From the sequence record CM022108.1: a DNA stretch of 31,444 nucleotides. The stretch is one strand, 5' to 3'. The notes under the pieces were generated by a model, which was given only the letters and a program-made list of their open reading frames with translations, did not search any database and was not told where the DNA came from. The position numbers and the translations under genes are program-made. Positions 28,780 through 31,444 of the stretch are shown in pieces (the stretch's first letter is position 1; each line of letters starts with the position of its first letter).

Positions 28780-29739
28780 TTATACAACCAAATAGTGATA
28801 TAGAACATCCATATCAATCATAGCTGTCCAAACAACGCGTTGAGGTGCATAAAGATACACCATAGACATGGTACTATAATCCACTTCAATATGAGGCATT
28901 GCATACGCACTGAGTCTATCTTCATGAGATGTGTCTTCCATAGACTGTGCATGTGTCCATACAACATGAGCCATCTGGGTATCATACAGCATAGATGTCA
29001 AGCATCCATAGGCTAATGCCTGGATATCTTTATCAACATGTGTATGGTTTAATGCACCATGGTGTACATCAAGACGTGCAAGACATCCATGAGATACATG
29101 TTGCATAGGGGTACATGTACCATGTGCAATACAGTGTGTCATAATATCCACTGGAAGTAGTTTTGATGTTGTGTGTTGCTGAGGTGTTGTTGGTACATGT
29201 GGTGTCTGAGAATATGTTGTTGTAGACCATGTTGTAACAAGTTGATGTTGATAGTATGATCGACGTTGTGAACATACAGCAATAACATCACCCGGTTGTA
29301 CACTATAACTACTCTGAGTGCATACGTGACCATTTACGGTAATGTGTCCACGACGTACCATATCACGTGCATGTGTTGGGGATGTGGCCCAAAGAGCACG
29401 CCATACACAAATATCAAGACGACGTTCTAGAAGTTTAATCAAATTCATACTCCAAACACCGTGACATTGATGTGCTCGTTGTGCCATATGTTGTAACTCT
29501 CCATATCCAAGACCTCCATACATAGTAGATAGCATACGCATATTCATATACATACGACTATAGAGACTGCCCCGCGTATCACCGCCACGTCGTGTGAATT
29601 GACCATGCCACGTATCCATACTCGCAAAAAATTCCACAGCATCTGGGGTCCATGTTATAGTATGTGGCCATGTATTACCCTGGTGTGTTTTATGAACACA
29701 GTGTGCCATATAGTGTAAAAGACGAGTAATATGGGGCAT
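28780..29739 (-). CDS. rps4: ribosomal protein S4 (long, divergent)
   Basis: Central S4 domain LLERRLDICVWRALWATSPTHARDMVRRGHITVNGHVCTQSSYSVQPGDVIAV. The flanks are not conserved and are rich in His, Thr, Met and Tyr. ATG at 29739 (an in-frame TTG lies at 29745). TAA stop. Confidence 0.8.
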   Translation of the reverse strand: MPHITRLLHYMAHCVHKTHQGNTWPHTITWTPDAVEFFASMDTWHGQFTRRGGDTRGSLYSRMYMNMRMLSTMYGGLGYGELQHMAQRAHQCHGVWSMNLIKLLERRLDICVWRALWATSPTHARDMVRRGHITVNGHVCTQSSYSVQPGDVIAVCSQRRSYYQHQLVTTWSTTTYSQTPHVPTTPQQHTTSKLLPVDIMTHCIAHGTCTPMQHVSHGCLARLDVHHGALNHTHVDKDIQALAYGCLTSMLYDTQMAHVVWTHAQSMEDTSHEDRLSAYAMPHIEVDYSTMSMVYLYAPQRVVWTAMIDMDVLYHYLVV

Positions 29740-29846
29740 TCTCAAGACATTTGTTTTTTCATATGATGTATATAGCGTGTATAGACATGTTGTTTTCTCT
29801 ATAATTTTCTATACAGAAAAATTTCCATAGTATATTCGTCTATAGA

Positions 29847-29863
29847 ATTTTCTCTAGGAGAAT
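29847..29863. other. second copy of the ATTTTC..CTAG..GAGAAT hairpin
   Basis: ATTTTCTCTAGGAGAAT lies in the divergent rps4/tatC spacer and has the same 6-bp stem as 4234-4251. Confidence 0.45.
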
Positions 29864-29890
29864 CGTCTATAGAGACATGTGCATGTCTCT

Positions 29891-29899
29891 CATATAGAG
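29891..29899 (+). promoter_or_regulatory. candidate promoter word CATATAGAG (faces tatC-nad6 block)
   Basis: In the divergent rps4/tatC spacer, 81 nt upstream of the tatC ATG. Confidence 0.25.
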
Positions 29900-29979
29900 T
29901 AGACCTTGAGATACAAATGTATTGTGTGTGTCTCTCGTGTATACTCTCTATATCTATTAGACCGACACTCTATACTATT

Positions 29980-30633
29980 ATGTCTTCTCTTGTACTCTAT
30001 ATACAGGAACTGTATTATCGTATGTACTACGTGTGTATGGCCTTGGCACTGTCGTGTAGCACGGCTTGGATCTACCGCTACACCTATATACATATATATA
30101 TTGCCCCGGTAACACATAGGTTGTATGTGTTTGATGTTGGAGAAGATATACGCATGGGTGTCTATATCAGTGTATATCTTGGTTGTATGTGGAGTCTCGG
30201 ATATATCTACTATGTATACACATGCTATATGGCTCCAGGACGATATATATATGAACATACCACACACATTGGCGTGTGGGTATATATACTTAGTGTATAT
30301 ATTTGGGGTGTATATTGTGTATGGCCAGAAGTCTATGGTGTATTTCTTGGTATGCCCATGGGTGTTCAGGATATGTGGGGTTTTGGTGTTGATACCATGC
30401 CTCGCATACAGTCTCTTGTGATGTGGAGTTTGTGGGTACCTTTAGGATGCGTGTTTTTATCCATGGTACCAGTGTATGGATACTACTATGTACACGGTGT
30501 ATGGCTACAGCGATATCGTCGTACATGGTATGTATGTAGTGTACTGTGTGCAAGTGCTGTATGTCCACCACATCCCTGGTTTCAGGTATGTGTTTCCTTG
30601 ATTTTCTGGCTTTTTATGAATTCACGTTACTAG
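29980..30633 (+). CDS. tatC: candidate Sec-independent translocase TatC (mttB/ymf16), highly divergent
   Basis: IQELYYRMYY...(TM)...IAPV...LYVFDVGEDIRMGVYISVYLGCMWSLGYIYYVYTCYMAPGRYIYEH parallels TatC motifs (h-ELR-R; P; l--t-v-E-f; P---yq-w-F--PgLy--E). Several further hydrophobic segments follow. ATG at 29980 (the ORF is open from 29917). TAG stop. Confidence 0.55.
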   Translation: MSSLVLYIQELYYRMYYVCMALALSCSTAWIYRYTYIHIYIAPVTHRLYVFDVGEDIRMGVYISVYLGCMWSLGYIYYVYTCYMAPGRYIYEHTTHIGVWVYILSVYIWGVYCVWPEVYGVFLGMPMGVQDMWGFGVDTMPRIQSLVMWSLWVPLGCVFLSMVPVYGYYYVHGVWLQRYRRTWYVCSVLCASAVCPPHPWFQVCVSLIFWLFMNSRY

Positions 30634-30673
30634 GCGTGTGTATTCGCCAATGTGTATCTAAAACATCTACAAC

Positions 30674-31276
30674 ATGAATACGCTTTTTTATATTTTTGCG
30701 AGTTTAATGTTAGCCAGTGGTGTTATGGTGATTCAGTCTCGTAATCCTGTATATAGTGTACTTTTTTTAATTTTAGTTTTTTTTCATGGTGCAGCCCTAT
30801 TATTGCTATTGGGTTTGGATTTTTTTGCTATGACATTTCTTGTGGTGTATGTGGGTGCTATTGCGGTGCTCTTTTTGTTTGTTGTCATGATGTTGGATAT
30901 TAATGTGGCCGAACTTCAAGAACGTCGACTGCGCTATTTACCAGTAGGTGGTGTGCTTGGTCTTTTATTTATTCTTGAGGGTCTTGTGATTGTGGATGTC
31001 GATCTTGTGCCACTTCTCTATACGCCAAATATGGATACAATGGTATACTGGACTAACTGGACATATACACTCGCACAAGTCAGCAATATGCATACCATGG
31101 GGCGACTTCTCTATACCTACTATGGGGTGTATTTTTTAGTGGCAAGTCTTATTTTATTAGTGGCCATGGTGGGAGCTATTGTATTAACACAACAGCGTCG
31201 CCGTGGTGCTCGACGCCAGCAAGTGTATTTTCAAAATACGCGAGATTTTGCTCGTACAATTCGTAAAGTCTCATAA
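30674..31276 (+). CDS. nad6: NADH dehydrogenase subunit 6
   Basis: 200 aa. MNTLFYIFASLMLASGVMVIQSRNPVYSVLFLILVFFHGAALLLLLGLDFFAMTFLVVYVGAIAVLFLFVVMML is the Nad6 signature. TAA stop. Confidence 0.92.
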   Translation: MNTLFYIFASLMLASGVMVIQSRNPVYSVLFLILVFFHGAALLLLLGLDFFAMTFLVVYVGAIAVLFLFVVMMLDINVAELQERRLRYLPVGGVLGLLFILEGLVIVDVDLVPLLYTPNMDTMVYWTNWTYTLAQVSNMHTMGRLLYTYYGVYFLVASLILLVAMVGAIVLTQQRRRGARRQQVYFQNTRDFARTIRKVS

Positions 31277-31297
31277 AAATATCTCAACACGTTTTCT

Positions 31298-31444
31298 ATG
31301 GACATTGTAAACTATATTGCTGTGGCTCTGGCCCTATTTTTATTGGGTTTATGGGGTATTTTTATGAATCGCAAGAATATTCTCGTGATGTTAATGAGTA
31401 TTGAACTCATGTTATTGGCGGTGAATATGAACTTTTTAGTTTTT
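31298..31444 (+). CDS. nad4L: NADH dehydrogenase subunit 4L, N-terminal part (runs off the window)
   Basis: From ATG 31298, my translation is [49 protein letters not shown], the Nad4L signature (RKN[13 protein letters not shown]). It follows nad6. Confidence 0.9.
   Translation, partial: MDIVNYIAVALALFLLGLWGIFMNRKNILVMLMSIELMLLAVNMNFLVF

Noticed and set aside
29890-30267. A 125-aa minus-strand ORF antisense to tatC. Similar overlapping-frame ORFs include 6914-7261, 7436-7687, 12116-12436, 13074-13340 and 27748-28050
   Set aside because: They are alternative frames or antisense strands of identified genes. Their His/Tyr/Cys/Ile-rich composition is low-complexity and mirrors the RY-alternating DNA. 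They show no conserved motifs.

Overview
This window is organellar. It is a compact, intron-free, gene-dense segment of a mitochondrial genome that reads with the standard genetic code. All conserved Trp codons are TGG. Stops are TAA or TAG, with TGA used only twice. By hand I place 32 protein genes: nad1 (partial), nad2, nad3, nad4, nad4L (partial), nad5, nad6, nad7, nad9; cob; cox1-3; atp4, atp6, atp8, atp9; tatC; rps2, 3, 4, 7, 10, 11, 12, 13, 14, 19; rpl5, 6, 10, 16. I also place 3 rRNA genes (rrn5, rnl, rns) and 22 tRNA genes. They sit in nine blocks of alternating polarity, with 4 divergent and 4 convergent junctions. The 5S rRNA closely resembles plant-type mitochondrial 5S, and the gene set (rrn5, nad7, nad9, rpl10, tatC, atp4, many r-proteins) is the ancestral type seen in green-lineage algae and some other protists. 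I cannot name the species. I do not see a novel multi-gene system: every substantial ORF is either assignable or is a by-product of the low stop-codon density on antisense and rRNA strands. The unusual items are: (1) nad9 has no stop at its conserved end and reads 127 nt antisense into nad1; (2) tatC and rpl10 candidates are very divergent; (3) a pervasive alternating purine-pyrimidine bias makes fast-evolving proteins rich in His, Tyr, Cys, Met, Thr and Val; (4) the spacers use a small vocabulary of TATAG-containing palindromic words and hairpins (TCTATAGA, CATATAGAG, a duplicated 22-nt hairpin, a 2 x 16 nt tandem repeat) that are candidate promoter or processing signals; (5) r-protein gene order is rearranged and rps2 overlaps a tRNA. 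All coordinates and folds were worked out by eye. rRNA ends are good to about +/-10 nt, and several CDS starts are ambiguous.
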